DNA from: Candidatus Enterousia sp.
GTDB lineage: Bacteria; Pseudomonadota; Alphaproteobacteria; Rs-D84
Direction of reading: 5' to 3'
DNA length: 64,000 bases
NCBI GenBank assembly: GCA_045613785.1
Contig: JAZLBQ010000004.1
Location: 32,001 to 96,000 of the forward strand
A model generated the notes under the pieces. The model worked only from the letters and a program-made list of their open reading frames with translations, ran no database searches and had not been told where the DNA came from. Made by a program: the position numbers and the translations under genes. Below, piece by piece: positions 18,379 to 27,126 of the stretch. Every line of letters begins with the position of its first letter. Positions within the stretch are counted from its first letter, which is position 1.

Positions 18379-19197
18379 ATTAAACCCTTGGTATTTTTTT
18401 AGTCGATTGACAATGATATATACAAAAAAAGGTGCAGTCAACAAATTTTGTAGGCTATCTATTTTTGAAACGTTGTGATTGTCTTCTTGCGCGTTCGCAT
18501 TTGTAGGTAGGCGACAAATGTTATCTGAAAAACTTGTGATAACAGTGTTTATTTTGTTTTTCTCGCAGGGGCTTTGACCATTGAATAAAATGTTTTCCGG
18601 TCGAAATACTACATAGGATATCGAGCCTGGGTCTTCTTCGTTGTTTACATAATGAAAGCCGTCAAATCCATAGTTCTCCCAATAATGTATCATTCGTTGA
18701 AAGCACAGATGGTATCGGTTGATTTCATCTGCACTGAACACAGCAGTTTTATGTGTGTTTATTGGATATAAATTATCAGACTTTAATTCGTTATGTACGC
18801 TTTTGATTTTCATTACAAAAGGCTCTTGAAATATTGTGTTATAAAATTTTGGTATGCCTTGGAATTTGAGTTCTTCGAATATGTGATATAAAAACATCAT
18901 CTTATAGTAATTTATATCGTGTTCTGCACAGTGGTCAATAATCTGGTAAGTCTGTTTCAGGTTTAATTTTACATTGATAATTTGTGGTTGTAAAACATAA
19001 CTGTTGTTAAAGTCAGTTTGTCCCAGTTTTTTGTATTGTCGCAAAGTGTCCAAACATTCATGCAAGGGTGTTGGGCCAAACCCAAGTATTTCTTCAGCTG
19101 CACGTTTAGTTCCAAAATGCGACAGGGGGTAAAATCGGTCAAATTTACGAAAAGTTCCGTGAAAAAAATCTGTGTCTTTGTGTAAAAACTCTACCAT
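18379..19197 (-). CDS. ADP-ribosyltransferase-like (ART-PolyVal-type) domain, reading in frame into the downstream gene
   Basis: FFHGT, SHFGT..AA, GFDGFHYVNNEEDPGSISYVVFRPENI. Confidence 0.65.
18413..18441 (-). promoter_or_regulatory. sigma70-type promoter inside the fused ORF
   Basis: TTGACT-N17-TATCAT on the minus strand. Confidence 0.65.
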
Positions 19198-19255
19198 AAC
19201 GACACAATTATTTCAAAGTATTGCCCAAAGTCAAGTTGTGTCGTATAGCAAATTG

Positions 19256-19282
19256 AAAAACACCCCAAGACGGGGTGCTTTT
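19256..19282 (-). terminator. intrinsic terminator just beyond the att-like repeat
   Basis: CACCCC-AAGAC-GGGGTG with flanking A5 (T-run on minus strand). Confidence 0.75.
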
Positions 19283-19295
19283 GAAATTTGGTTGG

Positions 19296-20337
19296 GGTCG
19301 GCCAGCATAACGCGAACAAATTAGTCTCGTTCTTTTTGAGAGTTTAGTATTTTCGTATTTTGTTCATTGATGTCTTTTACAAAATTTTGCAGAGACATAT
19401 TGTATATACCATCGTTTGCTGAATTTTTTAATTTATTTGATATGTCGCATAAATATGCAATGTCCACATCTTCTATATTAATTTTTACATCTGATATTTT
19501 ATTATATTCATTAATTACCCTACGCGTTAAATTACGTGAAATAAAAGACAACTTATAAAAATCCAAAAAGCATTTTTGAACACATGTATCACCGAAATCA
19601 AAGATTCCAACTAATTCTTTTGTGTCTGGATTCAGCGCCATGTTTCTGCCGTGCATATCAAAATGGCATACAACGTCTGGGTAATTTGTATTTATCTGTG
19701 CGTGATTATATTTATTAAAAAGGGATTCTGGTAATTTGTTTTTTAATTCAGAAAATCCGTTCAAGCGCATTTGGCCTAATGTGAAAGCGACATTTGTTTT
19801 TGATGCTGGTATTTGCTCTGATTTTTTACATGTGTGTATGACAGACAAAAATACAGCTATTTTTTTTGCCAAATTTACCCTTTGGGGTTCCGTCAATTGT
19901 ACATATTGAGATGGTATTAATGTTTCACCGACCACAGCCTTGTGCCAAACAAATGGAAATGTTTCGTGTGGCACATGATGTGTTTCAGGAATATCTAACC
20001 CCGAATTTTTAGATAGGTTTTCAGACTTAAAAAAAGTAAGTTTTTGCATTTCAGCAAGCATGTCATTTAATTTGTTTTCTGTGTTTGGAAATCGTATCGC
20101 GTATTCTATATTGTCTTTACTAACACATTTTAGAGTCAGTGCTCCGCCACCTGCACAGTATGGTTCGATGTTTTTGGGTTCAAATGGAATTTTGCTTTGC
20201 TTATACGCATCAAACAAAATTTTTTTTGCGGCATCTAAATCGGGGCGTTGGATTGGCATCGTTGGACTCCTTTTCGCAGCTATTATACCATATATATAGT
20301 TCTTGCTGAATGAAAATCAATGCGTTGCTGGCCGACC
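19296..20337. repeat. inverted repeat pair flanking the APH gene and its promoter
   Basis: GGTCGGCCAGCA at 19296-19307 and its reverse complement TGCTGGCCGACC at 20326-20337; similarity extends to ACGC. Confidence 0.75.
19321..20259 (-). CDS. aminoglycoside phosphotransferase-family kinase
   Basis: YAIRFP, CHFDMHGRNM, GIFDFGD; SD AAGGAG; TGGTATAAT promoter; ends NSQKERD. Confidence 0.88.
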   Translation of the reverse strand: MPIQRPDLDAAKKILFDAYKQSKIPFEPKNIEPYCAGGGALTLKCVSKDNIEYAIRFPNTENKLNDMLAEMQKLTFFKSENLSKNSGLDIPETHHVPHETFPFVWHKAVVGETLIPSQYVQLTEPQRVNLAKKIAVFLSVIHTCKKSEQIPASKTNVAFTLGQMRLNGFSELKNKLPESLFNKYNHAQINTNYPDVVCHFDMHGRNMALNPDTKELVGIFDFGDTCVQKCFLDFYKLSFISRNLTRRVINEYNKISDVKINIEDVDIAYLCDISNKLKNSANDGIYNMSLQNFVKDINEQNTKILNSQKERD

Positions 20338-20537
20338 GCAAACACTTTGAATAAAAAGACTAGTTAGAGCAGATTTTCATTAGTTTTATAAGATTGTTGT
20401 TAGTTCGAATGTTTTTAGCGATTTATAAGCGGTTCGAAAGTGTCAATGAAGAGATAATTTTTCATAAATAAACTTTCGAACTTGCCAAAGTCTTGTATCC
20501 CAAACAAAAAATGCCCCAGCGGGCATTTTAATAACTG

Positions 20538-20611
20538 TGGTTGGGGCGCACGGATTCGAACCATGATAAAGAGAACCAAAATCTCTTGTCCTACCATTAG
20601 ACGACACCCCA
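20538..20611 (-). tRNA. tRNA-Gln(TTG)
   Basis: TGGGGTGTCGTCTAATGGTAGGACAAGAGATT-TTG-GTTCTCTTTATCATGGTTCGAATCCGTGCGCCCCAACCA. Confidence 0.96.
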
Positions 20612-20658
20612 ATTTCGCAACTATTATAAATATTATTTATATTTTTGCAATAACAAAA

Positions 20659-21348
20659 TTATCGTTCTTTTGTTTTGAACTGTGTTCCAATCTTGGCTTG
20701 AATTTTGTCTTGTTCACGGTCGTATTCAATCTGTTGGCGTGTGCGAATATTGTGCTTTACCAGAAAATCGTCCTGATCAGCGATATAGCATGTCTGTCCT
20801 GTTTCGTTTAACGAAGCGATTTGTCGTCCACGCATAGTTGTAAAGAAATACGGGTCGTATCCCATTTCCCATGACAGGCGGATTCTATCTCCGTCCCACA
20901 GGCATGCGGCTACACCATCACGTGCAATGCGGCCGTTGGTATGGTTTTTTACAGCATTGACGATTTGTTTGACATCTGTTTTGCTAAGGTTCGGATAATT
21001 TTTTGCTAAAAATTTGCGAGCAATAGGCACAGCGTTTGGGCCATGTTCATTGCACCAGTCATCATTTGTTCTGGCACAATCGTGCAATCCTGCTGCTAAA
21101 ATCACAGGCAAAGGGTCTTGGCCGATTGTGTATGCAATATCGATACCAAACATTGCGACCTGAGCAGTGTGGCTTAGACCGTGGTATCCGTATCTTGACT
21201 GTGTTGTTATTTCTGCGATTTGTGGCAAGACGGTATCCCAAAACATTCTGATATAATATTCTTGTGGATGTTTTTGTGATGCGATCAGAACGGTTTTGTC
21301 GTCTGGATTTTTTTTGAAGAAATCAAATATACTTTTAAAGTTCATCAT
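20659..21348 (-). CDS. HD-domain metal-dependent phosphohydrolase
   Basis: HGLSHT...GLHDCAR...EHG...NHT...WDGDR; ends QFKTKER. Confidence 0.88.
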   Translation of the reverse strand: MMNFKSIFDFFKKNPDDKTVLIASQKHPQEYYIRMFWDTVLPQIAEITTQSRYGYHGLSHTAQVAMFGIDIAYTIGQDPLPVILAAGLHDCARTNDDWCNEHGPNAVPIARKFLAKNYPNLSKTDVKQIVNAVKNHTNGRIARDGVAACLWDGDRIRLSWEMGYDPYFFTTMRGRQIASLNETGQTCYIADQDDFLVKHNIRTRQQIEYDREQDKIQAKIGTQFKTKER

Positions 21349-21538
21349 TACTTACCTTGTGCTGGCTTAGCGTTGCATACAATCCAGCATTCGTCAAATA
21401 AAAAAGACAAAAAAACAAAGAGCTGAAAAAAAAATTTAAAAACACAGAAATTTTTTCTTGAAAAACAATTGTTAAAATATATAATGATTATGTTTTTTAA
21501 TAAAATCGATAACCAGCCCTATTATATAGGAGGAATAA

Positions 21539-21988
21539 ATGGCACGCAAGGAATTTGTTCGCCTGATGGAAGAAAATATTTGGACTCTGGACAAAATCGC
21601 AGAAAAATTGCGTCTTGACCGTGTGGACAGCACTGGCTATCCACGTCAAATGATGTCTATCTTGGTGCGGTTGCATAATGGTGGTCGTGCCAGACTAAAA
21701 GACATTGCACGTCGTGAACATGTGTCTGCACCAAATTTATGTGCTGCGTTTCGTAAATTGGAAGCAGATGGTTTAGTTCTTCGCACGATTGACGAAAACG
21801 ACCGCCGCAACACCTGGTATTGTGTGTCGCCATCTGGGGCAGAGTTAGCACGTGTTGCAATGGATTTGTTCCGTGATGGTATCGAGCGTATTTTTGCCAG
21901 TGTTTCTCGTGAAGACGAAAAACGTCTGACTGATGCATTACGCACAATGCGTGAAGTTTTGAAAAAGGTGGAGTTGACAAATGACTAA
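21539..21988 (+). CDS. MarR-family regulator
   Basis: wHTH, GLVLRTIDENDRR; SD AGGAGG. Confidence 0.92.
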   Translation: MARKEFVRLMEENIWTLDKIAEKLRLDRVDSTGYPRQMMSILVRLHNGGRARLKDIARREHVSAPNLCAAFRKLEADGLVLRTIDENDRRNTWYCVSPSGAELARVAMDLFRDGIERIFASVSREDEKRLTDALRTMREVLKKVELTND

Positions 21989-23312
21989 AACAACATTGAC
22001 ATCGTTATTCGTGGCTGTTTGTGCTGGTATTATTGTTTCGCCAGCATATTCTTTGGATTTGTCATTGAATGATGCTGTTGAAAAGATTACAGCCCAATCG
22101 CATGATTTGAAAAAGGCAAACGCAAATCTGAAAAAGGCCGAAGCATCGCTTGATGCAGCCAACGCCAATCGTTGGTTTAAGCTAGATGCGTCTGCGTCGT
22201 ATATGAATATGGTGAACGTTGAAAATCCGTCAAAGTCTGTTGGGATTGAATTGCCACCAGAAATGGGCGGCTTGATTTCTGAATCGTTAAAAGACCAATC
22301 TGTTGTTATTGAAATTCCAGATAATATTTTCCAAGCAGGTTTAACTCTGACTCAGCCAATTTATACATTTGGCAAAATTGGCAATGCTGTTAAATCCGTA
22401 AAGTCTGCAATCAAGATGGCAGAATCATCACGTGAATTGACAGGGCGTGAAGTTCGTTATGCGGCTGCTGATTTGTATTGGACTGCCAAGATGACAGATG
22501 AAATGGTAAAGTTGTCTGAACAAGATTTGAACAACGCCCGCACAGCGAAACAGAAATTGACATCGGCAGGCCGTGCGAATCGCAGCAATTTATTGAAAAT
22601 CGAATCAGATATTCTGGCCAAAGAAGTTGAATTAGCGTCAACAAAATTCAATCGTGATACTGCACATCGTATGTTAAAGATTATGGCAGGGATTGATGTA
22701 GAAGAACCAATAACATTGACTGATAATTTTCCGAACAAATTCGAAGCACTAAACGCTGGTGAATTAAAGTCAACACCGCAATGGGAAATCTTGGACGAGC
22801 AGGTAAATATGTATGAACGTATGGCTCGTTCTCAGCGTGCGAACTCTTACCCAACGCTGGCGGCAACAGCGTCATATACATATTCGTCAATGTCGGGCGA
22901 TATTGGTCATTTGTTTGATAAAAAAGGTGGTCAATCAGCGTATTGGGGATTGGCGTTGCAAATGCCGATATTTACAGGCGGCTTAAATTCTGCTAATGCC
23001 ACGATAGAGGCAATGAATGCCGAAGCGGCTCGTCAAGACTTGGAACAGTCCAAGAAAATCACAACAGAACAATATAAAAATGCGATTGCACAGTATGATT
23101 TGTTGCGTGATAATCTGGCAAATTTGGTTCAGGCACGTGATTTAGCAGCCAAGACATACAGTTTGTCCCAGAATCGATTTGCGTCTGGTCAAACATCTGC
23201 GGTTGAATTGGCTGATGTTTCGGCTGGGTTGTATCAACTAGATATGTCGGTCTTGAAAATGAAGTATCAGATTTTAATGTCTGCGGAATCAGTAAAAAAG
23301 TTAGGTGAATAA
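21981..23312 (+). CDS. TolC-family outer membrane efflux protein
   Basis: Signal peptide; LTQPIYTFGK and LQMPIFTGG repeats. Confidence 0.92.
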   Translation: MTKTTLTSLFVAVCAGIIVSPAYSLDLSLNDAVEKITAQSHDLKKANANLKKAEASLDAANANRWFKLDASASYMNMVNVENPSKSVGIELPPEMGGLISESLKDQSVVIEIPDNIFQAGLTLTQPIYTFGKIGNAVKSVKSAIKMAESSRELTGREVRYAAADLYWTAKMTDEMVKLSEQDLNNARTAKQKLTSAGRANRSNLLKIESDILAKEVELASTKFNRDTAHRMLKIMAGIDVEEPITLTDNFPNKFEALNAGELKSTPQWEILDEQVNMYERMARSQRANSYPTLAATASYTYSSMSGDIGHLFDKKGGQSAYWGLALQMPIFTGGLNSANATIEAMNAEAARQDLEQSKKITTEQYKNAIAQYDLLRDNLANLVQARDLAAKTYSLSQNRFASGQTSAVELADVSAGLYQLDMSVLKMKYQILMSAESVKKLGE

Positions 23313-23913
23313 AATGGAAAAAATACAAAGAACGCTTGCGACAAAAATGTTCAAAAAAATAATGTATATATCGTTGATTGCGATATTGGTTGGCTGGGTA
23401 ATATTCAGATTTGCGGCTGTTGCGTCTGAAAATGCTCGTTATGTATTTAATACATCACGTCTTGCTGCTGATTCTGGTGTTCCTGTTATGGCGGTTGAAA
23501 TAAGCACGACCTCGGGTGTTTTGTATGAACCTCTGGCAGTTAAAAACAATCGTGCCTATGTTACAGGGGATCGGGTTGCCAAGCTAAAAGCTGGACAGAA
23601 AATAGGTAATGGTAAAATTATATCTGTTTCATCAAGTCTAGATTATGACACGGGTATGTTTGTTGTTCGCACATCTGGTGTTTCAGATGGCTTGCAGTTT
23701 GCGGAATATCAGGCCACAGGGCATTTTGTTCCACTGTATGCGATTTCAAACAATACAGTTATGATAGAAAAAAATGGTATTGCCCAGGCACGTTCTGTAA
23801 AAATTGCTCGTCAAGATTCTGAAAATGCGATGATTGCATCAGGTATTTCTGATGGAGATGTTGTGATATTGTCTGCGGTTGATGCTGGCACAAAAGTTCA
23901 AATAAAAAAATAA
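23305..23913 (+). CDS. short RND periplasmic adaptor (MFP-like)
   Basis: N-terminal TM, VPLYAI and ISDGDVVI C-terminal motifs; lies between TolC and RND permease. Confidence 0.7.
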   Translation: MNKMEKIQRTLATKMFKKIMYISLIAILVGWVIFRFAAVASENARYVFNTSRLAADSGVPVMAVEISTTSGVLYEPLAVKNNRAYVTGDRVAKLKAGQKIGNGKIISVSSSLDYDTGMFVVRTSGVSDGLQFAEYQATGHFVPLYAISNNTVMIEKNGIAQARSVKIARQDSENAMIASGISDGDVVILSAVDAGTKVQIKK

Positions 23914-23935
23914 TTTTTGACCAAGGGGGAAAGAT

Positions 23936-26900
23936 ATGCTGAAATTTTTCGTTCGCCGACCAATTACCACACTGATGTTTGTTTTAGTGTGGGTTGTATT
24001 GGGGTTGGTTTCATTTCCGAATATGAACATTGAACGCACGCCTGCGGTTGATTTTCCGATGGTAACTGCGACCTTTGTTTATCCTGGTGCAACACCTGCA
24101 GAAATTGAATCTCAGATTATTAAACGTGCCGAAGACGCAATGTCAGAAGTGTCAGAATTAAAGAAAATAACATCTCAGGCTTATGAAAACAGTGGTTATG
24201 TTATGGCTGAATTTAACCTAGGTGTTGACGTAAATGACAAGGCGACAGAAATCAAAACAAAACTAGATTCACTGATATCCGAATTTCCCGAGGATATGAA
24301 TCAGCCTGTTGTCGAGAAGTTAAATCCATTGCAGCAGTCTGTTGTAGATATTGTTTTGCACGGTGCAGACGCACGTGATTTGGAAGAGTATGTTGATAAT
24401 TTCCTTTCTACAAAAATTACATCAATCAGTGGTGTTTCCAGTGTGTCGATTTTTGGTGGTCGTGAACGTGCAATTCGTATTGCGATGAATCCGGATTTGA
24501 TGGCTGCAAACGGTGTAACGATAATGGACGTAGTCTCTGCACTGGGGTCGCATAACTTGAACGTTCCTGGGGGTAAAATTGAGACAACAGCAAATTCATC
24601 AAACGTCCGTTTTGTAGGTGAATTTGCATCGGTTGAAGAAATTGCAAATCTGCGTTTAACAACTGTTGAAGGTAACAAGTTCAAATTATCTGACATTGCC
24701 CAGATTTCTGATGCTGCCCGTGATATTGAAAACGGTGCACGTTATAATGGTGAATCTGTTGTAATTGCATCTGTGGTCAAGGCGTCAGATGGAAATGCAA
24801 TAAATATATCACGTGCCTTGCACGAACGTCTGCCTCAGTTGCAATCGGATTTGGAATCACGTTTTCCGGGTGCACAGATGCAGATTGTTTCAGACTCGTC
24901 AATAACGATTGCAGATGAAACAGACAGCACAATCAATGGTATTGTTCTGGGGGTTGTTTTAACTATTTTGGTTTTGTTAGCGTTTACTCGTAATTGGCGT
25001 TCAACGGTTATCGCAGGTGTAGTGATTCCTGCGTCATTGCTGGCTGGATTCTTCTTTATGGACAAAGATGGCTTTACAATCAATGCTATGACCTTGCTGG
25101 CATATTCTTCGGCACTGGGGACGTTGGTATCGAATGCGATTATTTTGATTGAATCTGCCTTGCAAGAAATGCGTTCTGGCAAAAATTCCGAAGATGCCGC
25201 CATTGACGGAACTAAAAAAGTTGCCGTTTCTGTTTTGGCAGGTGTTGGCACAAACGTCGTAGTGTTCTTGCCGTTGGCGTTTATGGGCGGTATTGTTGGT
25301 CAGTTCATGGTTCAGTTTGGTATGACCGTTGTTTACTTGACATTGTTATCGTTGATGTTCTCGTTTACATTGACTCCGATGATGATTGCCAAGTTCCTGC
25401 GTCTAGGCAATCACGGCCAGGCCAAAAAAGAAAAACAAACATATCCAAAGCCGACCAGCACAGGTTGGTTGCGTCGTTGCTATGATTATCAGGCATCGCA
25501 TCCGTGGCGTGTATTAGGGATAGTGTTTGTGATATTTATTTCATCTACGATGTTGATGAAGTTTGTTGGAAATGAGTTTCAGCCATCAACTGATGCGAAC
25601 GAAATAACAATCACAGCACGTGCACCGATGGGGGCGACATTTGAAAAGTCTGAATCAATTGCCGTTGATATAGAACAGGCCTTGACCCAGTTCCCAGAGG
25701 TTAAATCAACAACAGTAAAAATCGGCGAACGTGGTCTTCAGAATATAACTGTGACTGTTGAATTAGTCGATGCATCTGAACGTAAATTATCAGACAAGAT
25801 TTTAGCACAAAAAATCCTACCGGCGATTGCGAATATTCCAGATGCAGAAATTCAAATCCGGGCAGGCGAAGCAATGTCATCTGGTGTTTCATCGGATTTG
25901 GTTTTAAATGTGTTTGGTGAAGATGATGCGACTCGTGAAGCGTATGCGGACAGAATTATTGAAATTGTAAACCGTATTCCCGAAGTTCAGTCTGCTGTTC
26001 GTGCTCAGCAAGCACCTGCCATGGAAACACAGTTTATTCCAGACCAAGACAAGATGAATTTCTGGGGTGTTCAAAATTCCTATGCAGGAACGACCTTGCG
26101 AACAGCACTTTACGGTAATGACGAATTCAAATACAAAGAATCCGGCGAAGAATACCCAATCATCTTGGAATTCGCCAAGCCCTTCAAAAATGCATCTTTG
26201 TTTGATACGGTCTATGTAAATTCGCAAAAAGGTATGGTGCCACTGTCGTCCTTAGGAACGGTCAAGACAGAACCAGGCACACCTGATATCCGCCGTGAAG
26301 ACAAAAACAGATACACCGAAATTGATATCAATATTGGAAAATCAACAATGGGGCCAGTCCAGGCAAAGATTCAATCTGAATTAAATAAAATTGATTGGCA
26401 AGCCGGCTATTTTACCAAGTTTGGTGGTATGTCTGATACCCAGGCAGAATCTGCCAGTGAAATTGGTCGTGCCTTCTTGTTGGCGACAATCTTGACCTTT
26501 ATGTTGTTGGCTGCGATATTGAATTCATTAGTTCATCCGTTTACGATTGCCACGTCGATTTTGACCAGTTTCACAGGCGTATTCGTTATGATGTTCTTGT
26601 CCGGGGCGACAATGAACGTTGGTGCGATGTTGGCGTTTGTTATGTTGGTTGGTTTGGTGGTAAATAACAATATTTTGGTTTTAGAGCCAACTATTGTCCG
26701 AATTTCTCAGGGACAAGACGCAAAAACAGCCTTGTGGGCAGAATTGACCGACAAACGCAATATGGTATTGATGACATCGATTGCCGTTATTGCTGGTATG
26801 GTTCCACAGTTATGGTCTATTGACGGTATGAAGGTCGCAATGGGTGCTGTTATGATTGGTGGTATGTTGGCCAGTCTGATATTTACCTTTACACTGACGC

Positions 26901-26959
26901 CGGCTTTATTCTTGCTTATGGAGCGTTTACGCACATGGCGAACACGGCTGAAAAAATAA
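23936..26959 (+). CDS. AcrB/MdtB-family RND efflux permease
   Basis: FVRRPITT, YPGATPAEIESQI, 1007 aa, duplicated TM architecture. Confidence 0.95.
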   Translation: MLKFFVRRPITTLMFVLVWVVLGLVSFPNMNIERTPAVDFPMVTATFVYPGATPAEIESQIIKRAEDAMSEVSELKKITSQAYENSGYVMAEFNLGVDVNDKATEIKTKLDSLISEFPEDMNQPVVEKLNPLQQSVVDIVLHGADARDLEEYVDNFLSTKITSISGVSSVSIFGGRERAIRIAMNPDLMAANGVTIMDVVSALGSHNLNVPGGKIETTANSSNVRFVGEFASVEEIANLRLTTVEGNKFKLSDIAQISDAARDIENGARYNGESVVIASVVKASDGNAINISRALHERLPQLQSDLESRFPGAQMQIVSDSSITIADETDSTINGIVLGVVLTILVLLAFTRNWRSTVIAGVVIPASLLAGFFFMDKDGFTINAMTLLAYSSALGTLVSNAIILIESALQEMRSGKNSEDAAIDGTKKVAVSVLAGVGTNVVVFLPLAFMGGIVGQFMVQFGMTVVYLTLLSLMFSFTLTPMMIAKFLRLGNHGQAKKEKQTYPKPTSTGWLRRCYDYQASHPWRVLGIVFVIFISSTMLMKFVGNEFQPSTDANEITITARAPMGATFEKSESIAVDIEQALTQFPEVKSTTVKIGERGLQNITVTVELVDASERKLSDKILAQKILPAIANIPDAEIQIRAGEAMSSGVSSDLVLNVFGEDDATREAYADRIIEIVNRIPEVQSAVRAQQAPAMETQFIPDQDKMNFWGVQNSYAGTTLRTALYGNDEFKYKESGEEYPIILEFAKPFKNASLFDTVYVNSQKGMVPLSSLGTVKTEPGTPDIRREDKNRYTEIDINIGKSTMGPVQAKIQSELNKIDWQAGYFTKFGGMSDTQAESASEIGRAFLLATILTFMLLAAILNSLVHPFTIATSILTSFTGVFVMMFLSGATMNVGAMLAFVMLVGLVVNNNILVLEPTIVRISQGQDAKTALWAELTDKRNMVLMTSIAVIAGMVPQLWSIDGMKVAMGAVMIGGMLASLIFTFTLTPALFLLMERLRTWRTRLKK

Positions 26960-26964
26960 GCACC

Positions 26965-26989
26965 GCCCCCATTATGGGGGCTTTTTTTT
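26965..26989 (+). terminator. intrinsic terminator of the efflux operon
   Basis: GCCCCCA-TTA-TGGGGGC-T8. Confidence 0.9.
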
Positions 26990-27030
26990 AATAACTTGCA
27001 ATGGTGTAAATATGGTTTATAATTGCCATG

Positions 27031-27095
27031 GCGAAGACTAAATTGTTCCTTTGTGTGTTTATCACAGAATGCACAAAAGAATGATTTTTCTTCGC
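27031..27095 (+). promoter_or_regulatory. long stem-loop in the pnp 5' UTR
   Basis: GCGAAGA/TCTTCGC, AAATTGTTC/GAATGATTT and TTTGTGTGTTT/GAATGCACAAA pairings downstream of a TTGCAA..TATAAT promoter. Confidence 0.7.
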
Positions 27096-27126
27096 AAAAT
27101 CAGAACTAAATAAAATGGAGAAAAAA

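Larger units (their letters stand above)
19289..20546. mobile_element. putative integrase-less genomic islet at the tRNA-Gln 3' end
   Basis: 9-bp direct repeat TGGTTGGGG (tRNA 3' end CCCCAACCA) at 19289-19297 and 20538-20546; internal 12-bp inverted repeats; AT-rich cargo gene. Confidence 0.5.

Noticed and set aside
19321-20259. Calling the APH-family genes aminoglycoside resistance determinants
   Set aside because: Only fold-level motifs are visible; substrate cannot be inferred
20415-20612. 65-aa ORF, and 16080..16283 and 44601..44804
   Set aside because: They overlap tRNA genes and are chance open frames
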